Assembly: GCA_002353275.1 (NCBI GenBank)
Contig: DEJH01000021.1
Coordinates: 1-54,615 of the forward strand
DNA from: Bacillales bacterium UBA2753
Lineage (GTDB): Bacteria > Bacillota_I > Bacilli_A > RFN20 > CAG-826
DNA: 54,615 nucleotides
Direction of reading: 5' to 3'
Below the pieces are notes generated by a model, which was not told the origin of the DNA, did not search any database, and saw nothing but the letters and a program-made list of their open reading frames with translations. Shown piece by piece: positions 17,022 to 26,477 of this stretch (the stretch's first letter is position 1; every line of letters starts with the position of its first letter). Both the position numbers and the translations under genes were made by a program.

Positions 17022-17636
17022 TCAGCAGTCCCAAGTAAGGCTCAGGCTCTCGATGTACAAATTGGTTTCCGGCGAATCATACATGGAGTAGAGACTTACA
17101 TTGACTTCAACCACGGTTCCGTCGGTAGGCCCTTTGTCCCATTCGAGGTGCGCGGTGCCGTTCCCATCCCCGTCGAGTTCGAAAGAGGAGTGCCAATACC
17201 CGACCTGGTTTCTGTCGCCGTCGAGCAGAGTGATACTGTACTCGTCCTCCGTGTCCACGTCGTTTTCGACGCCCATGTCGATCGCGAAATGGGTGAGGTT
17301 GTTTATTCCGATCATCAGGGAGTAGCCGCAATCCCCTAAAAACGGTTCCGCTCTCACGAACCTTCCGGACTGCCCGAAGGTGAGCTCCATGGACTCCGGC
17401 GCGACCGTTGTGTGGATGGGGTCGGATACGCCGGTTGTGACATTAACGTCTTGAGGACCCGGCCCGGACTCGAACTGGTCTCCGGTGGCGGCGTCGAAGG
17501 TGAAGCTATGCCCAGTTGGATCTGCTTTTACCGCAAATGTATCTAATTGATTTGCTCCGCCTACAACTAAAACGGTAACGCCAACTGTGCAAGCTAACAC
17601 TCCCATTGAGGCCAATAATAATGCTTTTTTCTTCAT
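17022..17636 (-). CDS. Secreted/anchored protein B, paralog of A (204 aa, ends ..SLSLTWDC)
   Basis: True start is the ATG at 17636 (same RBS and leader as gene A); the track ORF to 17735 is an upstream extension. 39 of the first 41 residues are identical to A. GC-rich from about 17512 downward. Confidence 0.7.
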   Translation of the reverse strand: MKKKALLLASMGVLACTVGVTVLVVGGANQLDTFAVKADPTGHSFTFDAATGDQFESGPGPQDVNVTTGVSDPIHTTVAPESMELTFGQSGRFVRAEPFLGDCGYSLMIGINNLTHFAIDMGVENDVDTEDEYSITLLDGDRNQVGYWHSSFELDGDGNGTAHLEWDKGPTDGTVVEVNVSLYSMYDSPETNLYIESLSLTWDC

Positions 17637-17872
17637 ATTTTCTTTAAACTCCTTTAAACAAAATAATCGATTAATTTCTTTTATTTTATAAGAGGAGAAA
17701 AGAGGGGACAAGCACTTTGTGCTATAGAGTTCCACTTTTATTTTTTATACTTAACTCTATACATTGCATTGGTTTTTGATTGAAATGTTTACAAGTCTCG
17801 CGATATTTTTCGATTTTGTTCTTAAATATAATAAAAGGATATACATAATGTATATCCTTAACCTACTTTTTT
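17513..17872. repeat. Direct repeat copy B, flush with the 3' end of tRNA-Thr
   Basis: See copy A. The repeat begins at the T-run that immediately follows (and shares one base with) the tRNA CCA end. Confidence 0.9.
17824..17859 (-). terminator. Terminator hairpin after tRNA-Thr (inside repeat copy B)
   Basis: AAGGATATACA-TAA-TGTATATCCTT stem followed by a T-rich tract on the minus strand. Confidence 0.7.
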
Positions 17873-17945
17873 GGTGCCTCCTGCCAGAATCGAACTAGCA
17901 ATAGATCCTTACCATGGATCCGTTATACCACTTAACTAAGGAGGC
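17872..17945 (-). tRNA. tRNA-Thr (anticodon GGU)
   Basis: Cloverleaf folded by hand: acceptor GCCTCCT/AGGAGGC, anticodon stem GATCC/GGATC with loop ATGGTAA, T-arm GCTAG-TTCGATT-CTGGC, encoded CCA. Confidence 0.9.
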
Positions 17946-17971
17946 ATAAGTTGATTTAATCAACGCTATTG

Positions 17972-18000
17972 ATTATAAAGGACACTACTATTTTTAACAA
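17972..18000 (-). promoter_or_regulatory. Sigma-70-type promoter for tRNA-Thr
   Basis: TTGTTA-17 nt-TATAAT on the minus strand, 27 nt upstream of the tRNA 5' end. Confidence 0.65.
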
Positions 18001-18008
18001 GTAATAAA

Positions 18009-20426
18009 TTATTCTTTTTTGAGTGAGAGAATAAAGTTATAAACGATTGTGGCGGCATTCTCTAATTCAGAACGACTTAAATATCCCTCTTTAAGAGCTT
18101 TCTTGATATCTTTAATGTCATCTTTACTACCAGGCATACAGATGTTATTTCCATTTTTTAAGTTTCTAGAGGCATAGGCTGCTGGATAGACATTTCCTTT
18201 TTTATAAACTTGTCCACTTTTAATCCAGTCAGTCATGATTAATCCATCATATCCCCATTCAGTTCTTAAGATATCTAAGATTAATCCACGATGTTCTGCT
18301 GCGTGAATTCCATCAATAAGGTTATACGCAGTCATTATTGATTTAGGATTAGACCATTTAATCGCTTTATAAAAAGCTGGAAGATAAATTTCTCTAATCG
18401 CTTTTTCGGAAACAATAGAGTTGTTATTGATACGGTTAGTTTCTAAATTATTACAAGCGAAATGTTTAATGGTAACTGCTTTATGTGGGTTTTCTTGAAC
18501 AGCGTTAATGATGTTAGAGGCACTAAAGGCACTCACTAAAGGATCTTCGGAAAAATATTCAAAATTACGTCCACATAACAAATGACGATGAATATTAATT
18601 CCAGGAGCGAGCCACACATCAACATTATAGATTTCCATCTCTTCTTTTACTAACCTACCACAAGTTGATTGAACCGTAGAAGAAAATGACTGAGCTAAAG
18701 CAGTTGCTATTGGGATAGCGGTTGCCCCTTGAATAATATGACTTCCCTTTTTATTTTTATTTCTTTCATAACTTAATAAATATGGAAGAGGAGCGGGTAA
18801 ATATTTCTCAAGCGTGTACCAAATTGAATCTCCAGTAATTGGGAATTCACCTTTATCGTTAACAATATATTCTTCAGTGAGTCTAAGTCCAGCAGGGCCA
18901 TCTACCATATTAATCGCATATTCTAAAGAAGGGATTCTTAAGGTTGTTTCTCCTGCTCCTCCATTTACTAAAGAACAAGATTGACCAATTAAACCATTAA
19001 CCCCAGTTTTATAATCCCCTAAACAAAGAAGAATTAATTCATCATCTTTTAAAGAAGATATATATTCAGGTATCTCAATATTTTTAACCATGTAATCTAT
19101 TGATTCGGTTGAGAAGATATATGGATCAATTTCCACTATTTTAATTCCTTTTTCTATTTTTACTTCTTCTCTATCAATGACTAAATCTGAGAAATCAGGT
19201 TTATCAAAAACATTTCTTACTTGTTTTAAGATCACACTTTTACTTAAAGAAAGAACAACAGCTTCTTTTAACGAATCACTACTATTACCAAAATAGACGT
19301 GATAATTACCTTTATTAAGCATATAAGCTTGTTCTTCTATTGAATAAAGAGGAAATTCTCTTAATGAGAAATTTAATTCAAGAATTTCACTTTCTTTTTC
19401 TTTGATTTCATTACTCTTTTTAAAGGCCACTAATTCGAGTTTTGGGCGTGGAGAAGGAGCGGAAATATAGACTTGAATTACTTCTTTTCCAGAAAGATTA
19501 CCAACGTTAGTGACTTTAACCTTCAAAGATACTTTATCACCTTCGACTTTATATTCTAATAATTGAGAGGTAAATTCAGTGTAAGATAAGCCAAATCCGA
19601 ATGGAAAAATTGGTTTAATATTTTTAGAAGAGAAATATCGATATCCGACATAACTTCCTTCTAAATATTTTGTTTCATCTTCACTTATTGGAGTAGAGAT
19701 ATATGGATAATCTTTAATATAAGCGTAAGTATCAGTTAATTTTCCACTTGGATTAATTTTTCCTAAAACGATATCCACTAAAACGTCAGAAGTAACTGAA
19801 CCGAGTTGAGAAAGCAAAAGAATATTTTTCACATCCTTTATTTTCTCTAAATCAATGATATTAGGAGTGTTAAGTACTAATAAGAATTTTTCATAATTAT
19901 CATTAAGATAATGGATGTCTCTGACTTCAGTATCGCTAAGATAGACGTCTCCTTTTTCAAGTCGGCGATCACTATTTTCTCCTCCGTTACGTGAAAGAAC
20001 ATAAATGGCGACTTTTTTATCTCCATTAATTGCAAAATTATATTCAGGTTCTAATATTTCTTTTCCAAGAGCATAGCTAGGGGCCATTGTTTTATGTTTT
20101 TTGGCTTCTTTTTTTATTTCTTTAACGAAATCTTTTTCATTTTTCTCTCTAATTTCGTCATATTGATCTAGCCAACTAGTTGAATCGATTTTAAAACCAG
20201 CGTTAATAAACGCCTCTTCAATTGTTGGTTTATATCTAGTGTTAACTGCCCCACTTCCTGTTCCACCTATAACAGTGTGTCTAACTCCATTACCGATTAA
20301 AGTAACATTAGTTACTTCTTTAAGTGGAAAAGAATTATCTTTTTTAAGAAATAGAGTACATTCTCCTGCTACTTTTCGTAATTCGTTGATGTGATTAATT
20401 TCATGAGGCAGTAACTCTTTATTCAT
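18009..20426 (-). CDS. Glycoside hydrolase family 3 beta-glucosidase with permuted domain order
   Basis: GH3 catalytic-domain motifs (GRNFEYFSEDPL, KHFACNN, GLIMTDW nucleophile) lie in the C-terminal 250 aa. The sandwich/Fn3-like part is N-terminal. Confidence 0.8.
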   Translation of the reverse strand: MNKELLPHEINHINELRKVAGECTLFLKKDNSFPLKEVTNVTLIGNGVRHTVIGGTGSGAVNTRYKPTIEEAFINAGFKIDSTSWLDQYDEIREKNEKDFVKEIKKEAKKHKTMAPSYALGKEILEPEYNFAINGDKKVAIYVLSRNGGENSDRRLEKGDVYLSDTEVRDIHYLNDNYEKFLLVLNTPNIIDLEKIKDVKNILLLSQLGSVTSDVLVDIVLGKINPSGKLTDTYAYIKDYPYISTPISEDETKYLEGSYVGYRYFSSKNIKPIFPFGFGLSYTEFTSQLLEYKVEGDKVSLKVKVTNVGNLSGKEVIQVYISAPSPRPKLELVAFKKSNEIKEKESEILELNFSLREFPLYSIEEQAYMLNKGNYHVYFGNSSDSLKEAVVLSLSKSVILKQVRNVFDKPDFSDLVIDREEVKIEKGIKIVEIDPYIFSTESIDYMVKNIEIPEYISSLKDDELILLCLGDYKTGVNGLIGQSCSLVNGGAGETTLRIPSLEYAINMVDGPAGLRLTEEYIVNDKGEFPITGDSIWYTLEKYLPAPLPYLLSYERNKNKKGSHIIQGATAIPIATALAQSFSSTVQSTCGRLVKEEMEIYNVDVWLAPGINIHRHLLCGRNFEYFSEDPLVSAFSASNIINAVQENPHKAVTIKHFACNNLETNRINNNSIVSEKAIREIYLPAFYKAIKWSNPKSIMTAYNLIDGIHAAEHRGLILDILRTEWGYDGLIMTDWIKSGQVYKKGNVYPAAYASRNLKNGNNICMPGSKDDIKDIKKALKEGYLSRSELENAATIVYNFILSLKKE

Positions 20427-21711
20427 CTTCTTCTCCCATTAAATCATAGACAAATGCGCCTGTTATTTTGACATAAACCATTTCTCCATTATGGAGTTCT
20501 TTTTTACTAGTGAAATATATTTTTCCATCAACATCATCTGGAGCGTTCCAATAGGAACGAAGAAGATAATTGCCATGGTCATCTTTTCCAATAACCATTC
20601 CTCTCATCACTTCTCCGATATGTTTTTTGTTTAATGAATAGGAAATCTTTTGTTGCGCTTTCATTACTTTCGCTAATCTTTTCTTTTTAATTTCTTCATC
20701 GATTTGATTAGGGAAAGAAGCACTTGGTGTTCCTTCTTCTTGAGAATAAGTGAAGGCTCCTAAATGATCAAATTTCACTTCGTTCATAAAAGAGATGAGA
20801 TTATTAACATCTTCTTCTTTTTCTCCAGGAAAACCGACCATCACGGTCGTTCTTAATATCGCGTTAGGAACTTTCTCTCTAATTTTATTAAATAAAGAGA
20901 TTAAGAATTTCTTATCTCCTCGACGAAACATATCTTTTAAGATATGGTCCTCACTATGTTGAATAGGAACATCAAAATAAGGAGTTAATTTCTTTTCTTT
21001 TCCAATGAGTTCGATTAATTCATCACTGATTTCATCAGGATATAAATATAAAAGACGGATATATTCAAATTGTTCAATTTTTAATAGTTCTTTAAGAAGA
21101 TCGACAATATTCTTCTTTTCTTTTAAATCGATTCCGTATTTAGTGGTGTCTTGTTCTAAAACAATAATTTCTTTTATTCCAGCTTCAGCGAGTTCTTTTG
21201 CTTCTTTAATGATTTGATCAAATGGGCGAGAAACAAAATGTCCTCTAATTAAAGGAATCGCACAATAAGAGCAGCGATTATCACATCCATCTCCAATCTT
21301 TAAATAAGCGGAATATGGACCAGTAGATACAATACGATATTCATCATCCACTCCGATAGATTTATCAATCTCTTTATCTAAAAGATAAAGTTTTTCATTA
21401 AAATGAGAATATTCTCTTATTGGAATATATAAATCAACTTCAGGGATTTCTTTTTTGAGTTCTTCTAAATATCGTTCTGCTAAACAACCCGTTACAACAA
21501 CTTTTTTCCCATATTGAATCATTTCTAAAATGTTTTCAATCGATTCTTTTTTGCTGCTTTCAATAAAGCCACAAGTATTAATAACGATGACATCACTATC
21601 ACTTGGATCATTAGTGATTTCATAGCCGTTACGATCAAATAAACCAAGGATATTTTCACTATCAACACGGTTTTTCATACAACCAAGAGAAATGATTCCA
21701 ACTTTTTTCAT
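20419..21711 (-). CDS. rimO: Ribosomal protein S12 methylthiotransferase RimO (radical SAM, MiaB family)
   Basis: N-terminal SLGCMKNRVDSE, radical-SAM CDNRCSYC, C-terminal TRAM-like region, 430 aa. Confidence 0.8.
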   Translation of the reverse strand: MKKVGIISLGCMKNRVDSENILGLFDRNGYEITNDPSDSDVIVINTCGFIESSKKESIENILEMIQYGKKVVVTGCLAERYLEELKKEIPEVDLYIPIREYSHFNEKLYLLDKEIDKSIGVDDEYRIVSTGPYSAYLKIGDGCDNRCSYCAIPLIRGHFVSRPFDQIIKEAKELAEAGIKEIIVLEQDTTKYGIDLKEKKNIVDLLKELLKIEQFEYIRLLYLYPDEISDELIELIGKEKKLTPYFDVPIQHSEDHILKDMFRRGDKKFLISLFNKIREKVPNAILRTTVMVGFPGEKEEDVNNLISFMNEVKFDHLGAFTYSQEEGTPSASFPNQIDEEIKKKRLAKVMKAQQKISYSLNKKHIGEVMRGMVIGKDDHGNYLLRSYWNAPDDVDGKIYFTSKKELHNGEMVYVKITGAFVYDLMGEEDE

Positions 21712-24700
21712 TATTCACTCCTTAAAGCGATAACTGGATCTTGTTTAGAGGCACTTAATGATGGAATAAGTCCACTTAAGATTGATAAGGTAACTGAAAT
21801 AGCAATCATCATTAAAGCGTAATACCAAGGTAAAGCGCAGATTCGAGCAATACCAAATCCTTTAACGATAATATTAATGATGATTTGTAAAACATAGGTA
21901 ATCGCAATACCTAAAACTCCACTAGCTAATCCAGTCATTAAGTTTTCAGCAATAAATAAGCGAGAAACGTCTTTCTTTCTTCCACCTAAAGAACGAATAA
22001 CGCCAATTTCTTTTACTCTTTCCATAACGGAGATATAAGTGATAACCGCAATCATAAAGCAAGAGACCACTAATGAAAGAGAAGTAAAGGCAATTAAAGC
22101 TGCACTAATTGTTGTTACTAAAGTAGAGATAACCGCAACAATCATACTGATTGTGTCTGTAACAGTAATTTCACTTCTTTGACTACGATCAACTCTTTGT
22201 CCGTTAATCTTTAATACTTTATTCGCATTCCAATCATTAAGATAAGAAACAACATTATCTTTTTGTTTGAAATCTTTTGGATAGATTGAAATTGATTGAG
22301 GGAAAGCATCAAATGAATATTCCTTGCTTTCTTCATCTTGATTAATCTTTAATCCAGATAAGGCTCTTAGGTGGAGCATATCAGTATCTAGATTATCTTT
22401 TCCACCAGATAAGAAAGAAGCAAAAATCGATAAGATAGTTGAACTACTATCTCCATTTAATGAAGAAGCAAAACCATCTTTATCATAAATAATTCCATGT
22501 CCTTCTCCATCATCATTAGTGTAATCATCATATTTAAATTTAACATAAGCGTTAAAGGAAGAGACTTTATAGTTTTCATCTTTAACATGAGTTTCAAAAG
22601 CTTTATTGATTTCACTCTTTTTAGCTTGAGACATATATTTATCAGTGAATTCTTTGGAGAAATATACTCCGCGAGAAAGAGAACCAAAATTAGTGGTACT
22701 CTTCGCTCTTAAAACACCAGTGACTTTAACTTTTGCCCCACCAACAGATTCTGGGTTTAAATACATCTCACTAGTTTGATCAATGATTGAATTGTAATAA
22801 AAATCAGGAGTGAGAGATTCAATTTCAGTAGTTTGTCCACTTAATTGAATTGGGATATTAAATGAACCGAGCGGAAAAGATAATACCGCATTAGTTTTAT
22901 ATGTATAAGTAGTAATTCCTCCACTTTCGGAAGAAGTTTTATCACTACTAGAATCAGTTAAAGAGAAGTGGCTTCCTTGATAATCGATTTCCCATTTACC
23001 ATCCGCGAAACTTCCATTTTCTGGATCAGGAGAAGGTTCGCTACGATTAAACATCGCAGGCATAGACATCACGATGTTGAAATTATTATCAAGCATTAAA
23101 ACAGTGCCGTTCATGCTATCGGAAGAATTCACATAATTAAGATTAACAATGATTAAGTTATTACCAAATCTACCAGTTAAAGCAATGCTCGTTTCTCTAT
23201 GAGAAACAAAATCAGGATTTGGCTTATAAATGGCGTCATGAGGATAATAATAGAATTCATGACCTAATAAATCTTCATAAGTGAAAGTTCTTTCATAAGG
23301 ATATTCTTCATCAAGATGCGCGATCTTTTCTTCTAGTTCCGCGATTTCTTTAGAGTGATCACCACTCTGTCTTTTAAGTTCTTCAATCTTCTTTTCATAT
23401 TCGTTTTGCTTAACAGCTTTTTTCGCAATATTTAAGAATTCGTCTTGTGGGTAATACCCCATTTGCGCAAGCACTAAATCGGTTAAGGTTGTTTTATCAT
23501 CGACGACAAGCATTAATTCATTAGCGTTTTCTGGATATTTAGAATTACCGATTAAGTCATATTGAGAAAGGATGTATTCTTTATTTCCTGGAACTTGTTT
23601 CATGAAGCTAGTGAATAAATCGACAAATTGAGCGTATTCACTAAAGCCGTCAACAGTCATTAAAGTTTTAATATATTGTTGAGTTAAACCATTCATTGAA
23701 ATGATACGTTTATCGGTGCTATCTTTTTCTTTTTTAAAGGCGGTAAAGAAGTTATTAGAAGGATCGATAGCGTAATTCTTATCGACACTAGCGTAATAGC
23801 TTTCTGGCATTTGATTAAGATAATCGAGTAACATTTGATTGATATCATTAGTCTTAACGTTAGTGAAATCAGTGTATTTAGTTAATAAATAACTAATCAT
23901 TGAATCCATTCCCACTTTAGTGGTCGTATCAAATGTTGCGGCTTCTTTTTTGTCATTGCTAGAAAGTCCGGCGATTAAAGAAGTCATATCAACACTTTCT
24001 TCAGCGATTTGAATTGGATAAGAAGAAAGCATATCATTTTGCATATCATTGATATAATCAGTAACTCCACAAGAGACACCTAAAATAGTCGAAACACCAA
24101 TAATACCGATACTACCAGCGATTGCTACTAAGATTGTTCTTTTGGCTTTAGAAAGAAGATTACTCACCGATAAAGCAAAAGCGGTAAAGAAAGACATTGA
24201 TGATTGTCCTTTACCTTTAGTGGTAACTTCTTTTTCTTTTCTAGGAAGAGGAGTTTTAACGATAACCTTTTCTTCCTTTTCCTCTTTTTTATAATAGGTG
24301 AGTTTATTATCGACAATTCCTTCATTAGAGAAATAAGTGGTTTCTTTACGAGTGTATTCATCGATTTTATATTGAGTCTCATCTTCTTCGTTATATGGAG
24401 CAGAGTCAGAAATAATTTCTCCGTCTTTCATTCTCACAATACGAGTTGCGTATTGTTCCGCGAGTTCTGGGTTATGAGTAACCATGATTACGAGATGAGT
24501 TTTACTGACTTCTTTAAGAAGATCCATGATTTGAACTGAGGTCTCACTATCAAGGGCACCAGTAGGTTCATCGGCTAAAACGATTTCTGGATTATTAACA
24601 AGGGCACGAGCAATCGCTACTCTTTGCATTTGTCCACCAGAGAGTTGATTTGGTTTTTTGCGATATAACCCTTTTAATCCGACTTTATCTAAAGCTATTT

Positions 24701-25070
24701 CAGAGCGTCTCACTCTTTCTTCTTTAGAAATACCAGAAATTGTTAAAGCGAGTTCAACGTTTTTCAAAATCGATTGATGAGGAATTAAGTTATATGATTG
24801 GAAGACAAAACCGATTGAGTGATTTCGATAAGTATCCCAATCGTTATCTTTAAAGTTTTTAGTGCTTTTCCCTTGGATGATTAAATCGCCAGAATCATAA
24901 TGATCTAATCCTCCAGTAATGTTTAATAATGTGGTTTTACCACATCCGGAATGTCCGAGGATAGCGACAAATTCATTTTTACGGAATGATAAAGAAATAC
25001 CTTTTAAAGCGTGAACTGGCTCTTGATCTTTGAGCTGATAATCTTTTTTAATCTCGACTAGTTTTAACAT
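21711..25070 (-). CDS. ABC ATPase fused to a MacB/FtsX-type permease with a very large extracytoplasmic domain
   Basis: Walker [34 protein letters not shown]. One TM, an external region of about 650 aa, and a C-terminal FtsX-like TM bundle. Confidence 0.8.
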   Translation of the reverse strand: MLKLVEIKKDYQLKDQEPVHALKGISLSFRKNEFVAILGHSGCGKTTLLNITGGLDHYDSGDLIIQGKSTKNFKDNDWDTYRNHSIGFVFQSYNLIPHQSILKNVELALTISGISKEERVRRSEIALDKVGLKGLYRKKPNQLSGGQMQRVAIARALVNNPEIVLADEPTGALDSETSVQIMDLLKEVSKTHLVIMVTHNPELAEQYATRIVRMKDGEIISDSAPYNEEDETQYKIDEYTRKETTYFSNEGIVDNKLTYYKKEEKEEKVIVKTPLPRKEKEVTTKGKGQSSMSFFTAFALSVSNLLSKAKRTILVAIAGSIGIIGVSTILGVSCGVTDYINDMQNDMLSSYPIQIAEESVDMTSLIAGLSSNDKKEAATFDTTTKVGMDSMISYLLTKYTDFTNVKTNDINQMLLDYLNQMPESYYASVDKNYAIDPSNNFFTAFKKEKDSTDKRIISMNGLTQQYIKTLMTVDGFSEYAQFVDLFTSFMKQVPGNKEYILSQYDLIGNSKYPENANELMLVVDDKTTLTDLVLAQMGYYPQDEFLNIAKKAVKQNEYEKKIEELKRQSGDHSKEIAELEEKIAHLDEEYPYERTFTYEDLLGHEFYYYPHDAIYKPNPDFVSHRETSIALTGRFGNNLIIVNLNYVNSSDSMNGTVLMLDNNFNIVMSMPAMFNRSEPSPDPENGSFADGKWEIDYQGSHFSLTDSSSDKTSSESGGITTYTYKTNAVLSFPLGSFNIPIQLSGQTTEIESLTPDFYYNSIIDQTSEMYLNPESVGGAKVKVTGVLRAKSTTNFGSLSRGVYFSKEFTDKYMSQAKKSEINKAFETHVKDENYKVSSFNAYVKFKYDDYTNDDGEGHGIIYDKDGFASSLNGDSSSTILSIFASFLSGGKDNLDTDMLHLRALSGLKINQDEESKEYSFDAFPQSISIYPKDFKQKDNVVSYLNDWNANKVLKINGQRVDRSQRSEITVTDTISMIVAVISTLVTTISAALIAFTSLSLVVSCFMIAVITYISVMERVKEIGVIRSLGGRKKDVSRLFIAENLMTGLASGVLGIAITYVLQIIINIIVKGFGIARICALPWYYALMMIAISVTLSILSGLIPSLSASKQDPVIALRSE

Positions 25071-25158
25071 AAAATATATCCTCTATTTTCCGATTTGATT
25101 AATATGGTATATGTTTACAATTAATTTGTAAAAGGAAATGCATCAGAAATTTCAAAAT

Positions 25159-25188
25159 TAAAAAAGCAAGCCTATATAAGACTTGCTT
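25159..25188 (-). terminator. Terminator closing the 33028-25207 operon
   Basis: AAGCAAG/CTTGCTT stem followed by TTTT on the minus strand. Confidence 0.7.
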
Positions 25189-25206
25189 TATAAGAGAATA
25201 ACTCAA

Positions 25207-25659
25207 TTAATTATTTTTTAAATTTTCAATCGCTTTAAGAACGTCCGCTTTAGTGGGATGACCTTGTTCAATAATCCTACGATTAATTTTGAAATAGAAA
25301 TAAGTATAAATCACATCAATCCCTAAAAACATAAAGGCAGGGAGAAGGAAATATAAGGAGTTACTCACTAAATCAAAACGGTCTTTTTCCGCGCCTAAAA
25401 AGATTGCAAAACAAGATAATAAAGAGAAGGCGATAACCACAAAGCCAATGATTGGTAAAAATGAAGGTCCGCGGCGATATAATTGTTTTTCGAATTTTCT
25501 CAAAGTAGGATATTTGGGATTAGTCTCATCTATCTCTTGAGTGACAAAGCAATATAATCCTTTTTCGACGAGTGATATTTCTTTATATCCAAGCGCGTCA
25601 AAAATCTCTTTTCTTTCACGATATTGAGGGACAGTTAATTTAATTTTACGAGTAATCAT
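25207..25659 (-). CDS. Small membrane protein, unknown function
   Basis: 150 aa, two predicted TM helices, 2-nt gap from the upstream gene. Confidence 0.5.
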   Translation of the reverse strand: MITRKIKLTVPQYRERKEIFDALGYKEISLVEKGLYCFVTQEIDETNPKYPTLRKFEKQLYRRGPSFLPIIGFVVIAFSLLSCFAIFLGAEKDRFDLVSNSLYFLLPAFMFLGIDVIYTYFYFKINRRIIEQGHPTKADVLKAIENLKNN

Positions 25660-25661
25660 CG

Positions 25662-26474
25662 CTATTTATTCTCACTTTCATCGACTTTAATATATTTTAT
25701 ATATTCGTATTGGCTAACTTCTTCTGCTTTCTTTTGCATCGCCTTTAAACATTCAGAATGAAGATAGATTTTATTTTCATTCATTGATAAACCTTCTTTA
25801 GGGAAAATAGGCTCTAAAATATAGACGGTTTGTTTTGGCTTTTTAGAAAGTTTGCTCTTTCTCCAAGTGGTGACAGTAGGAAGAACAGGAGCGTTACATT
25901 TAGCAGGATAAGAAAAGGAACCATCTCTAAATGGTCTTACGTGAGTGTAATAAGGCCAAATATGAGCTTCAGGATAGATTAAGATATATTGTTTTTTGTG
26001 GTAATAATATTCCATTGCTTCTCCTAAGGCGACCATGTTTTTAATATCTCCTTTAAGAGGTAAAGGGAGATAACCTAAAGCACGTGTTAAATTTCTCACG
26101 ATTGGCATACTTAAGGAATCAGAATAACCAAGGATATTCACTCTTTTACCAAAGAAGAAAACTTGGGCCTGAAATTTAAAGACATCGCTAATCGCGACGT
26201 GATTTGAATAAATAAAAGCTCCACTACCATTTAGAAGTTTAAGATTTTTTCTTCCTTTAATTCTTATTCCGTGACAAACACAATATAATCCGATAATTGG
26301 TTTAGCGATTATGTGATAAAGAAATCCACTTAATATATTATTAAACCAGTTAGTTCTTTTATATTTATATCCTTCAGGAACAGAGGGACGAGATAAACCG
26401 AGCTCATTAAAATCATCACGTAATTCATCGTGATAATAACAGACTCTACTTTTAATAATCTCTTTGGAATTCAT
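25662..26474 (-). CDS. PlsC-type (lysophospholipid) acyltransferase
   Basis: HxxxxD motif NHVAISD and YPEAHIWPY (acyltransferase block III-like). Confidence 0.7.
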   Translation of the reverse strand: MNSKEIIKSRVCYYHDELRDDFNELGLSRPSVPEGYKYKRTNWFNNILSGFLYHIIAKPIIGLYCVCHGIRIKGRKNLKLLNGSGAFIYSNHVAISDVFKFQAQVFFFGKRVNILGYSDSLSMPIVRNLTRALGYLPLPLKGDIKNMVALGEAMEYYYHKKQYILIYPEAHIWPYYTHVRPFRDGSFSYPAKCNAPVLPTVTTWRKSKLSKKPKQTVYILEPIFPKEGLSMNENKIYLHSECLKAMQKKAEEVSQYEYIKYIKVDESENK

Positions 26475-26477
26475 AAT

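Noticed and set aside
16002-17339. Overlapping ORFs on several frames (16002-16364 +, 16941-17339 +, 17101-17325 +, 17107-17331 -) in the GC-rich segments.
   Set aside because: Open frames like these are expected in GC-rich DNA that is poor in stop codons. Their translations are rich in Arg, Gly and Pro, and they have no RBS. The minus-strand genes with a shared leader and RBS explain the region.
15780-17872. Assembly chimera or contamination as the explanation for the GC-rich island.
   Set aside because: The GC-rich parts continue in frame from AT-rich leaders in two separate genes, each with a matching terminator, and AT-rich native sequence lies on both sides. I cannot fully exclude it without read mapping, so that check is listed under the finding.
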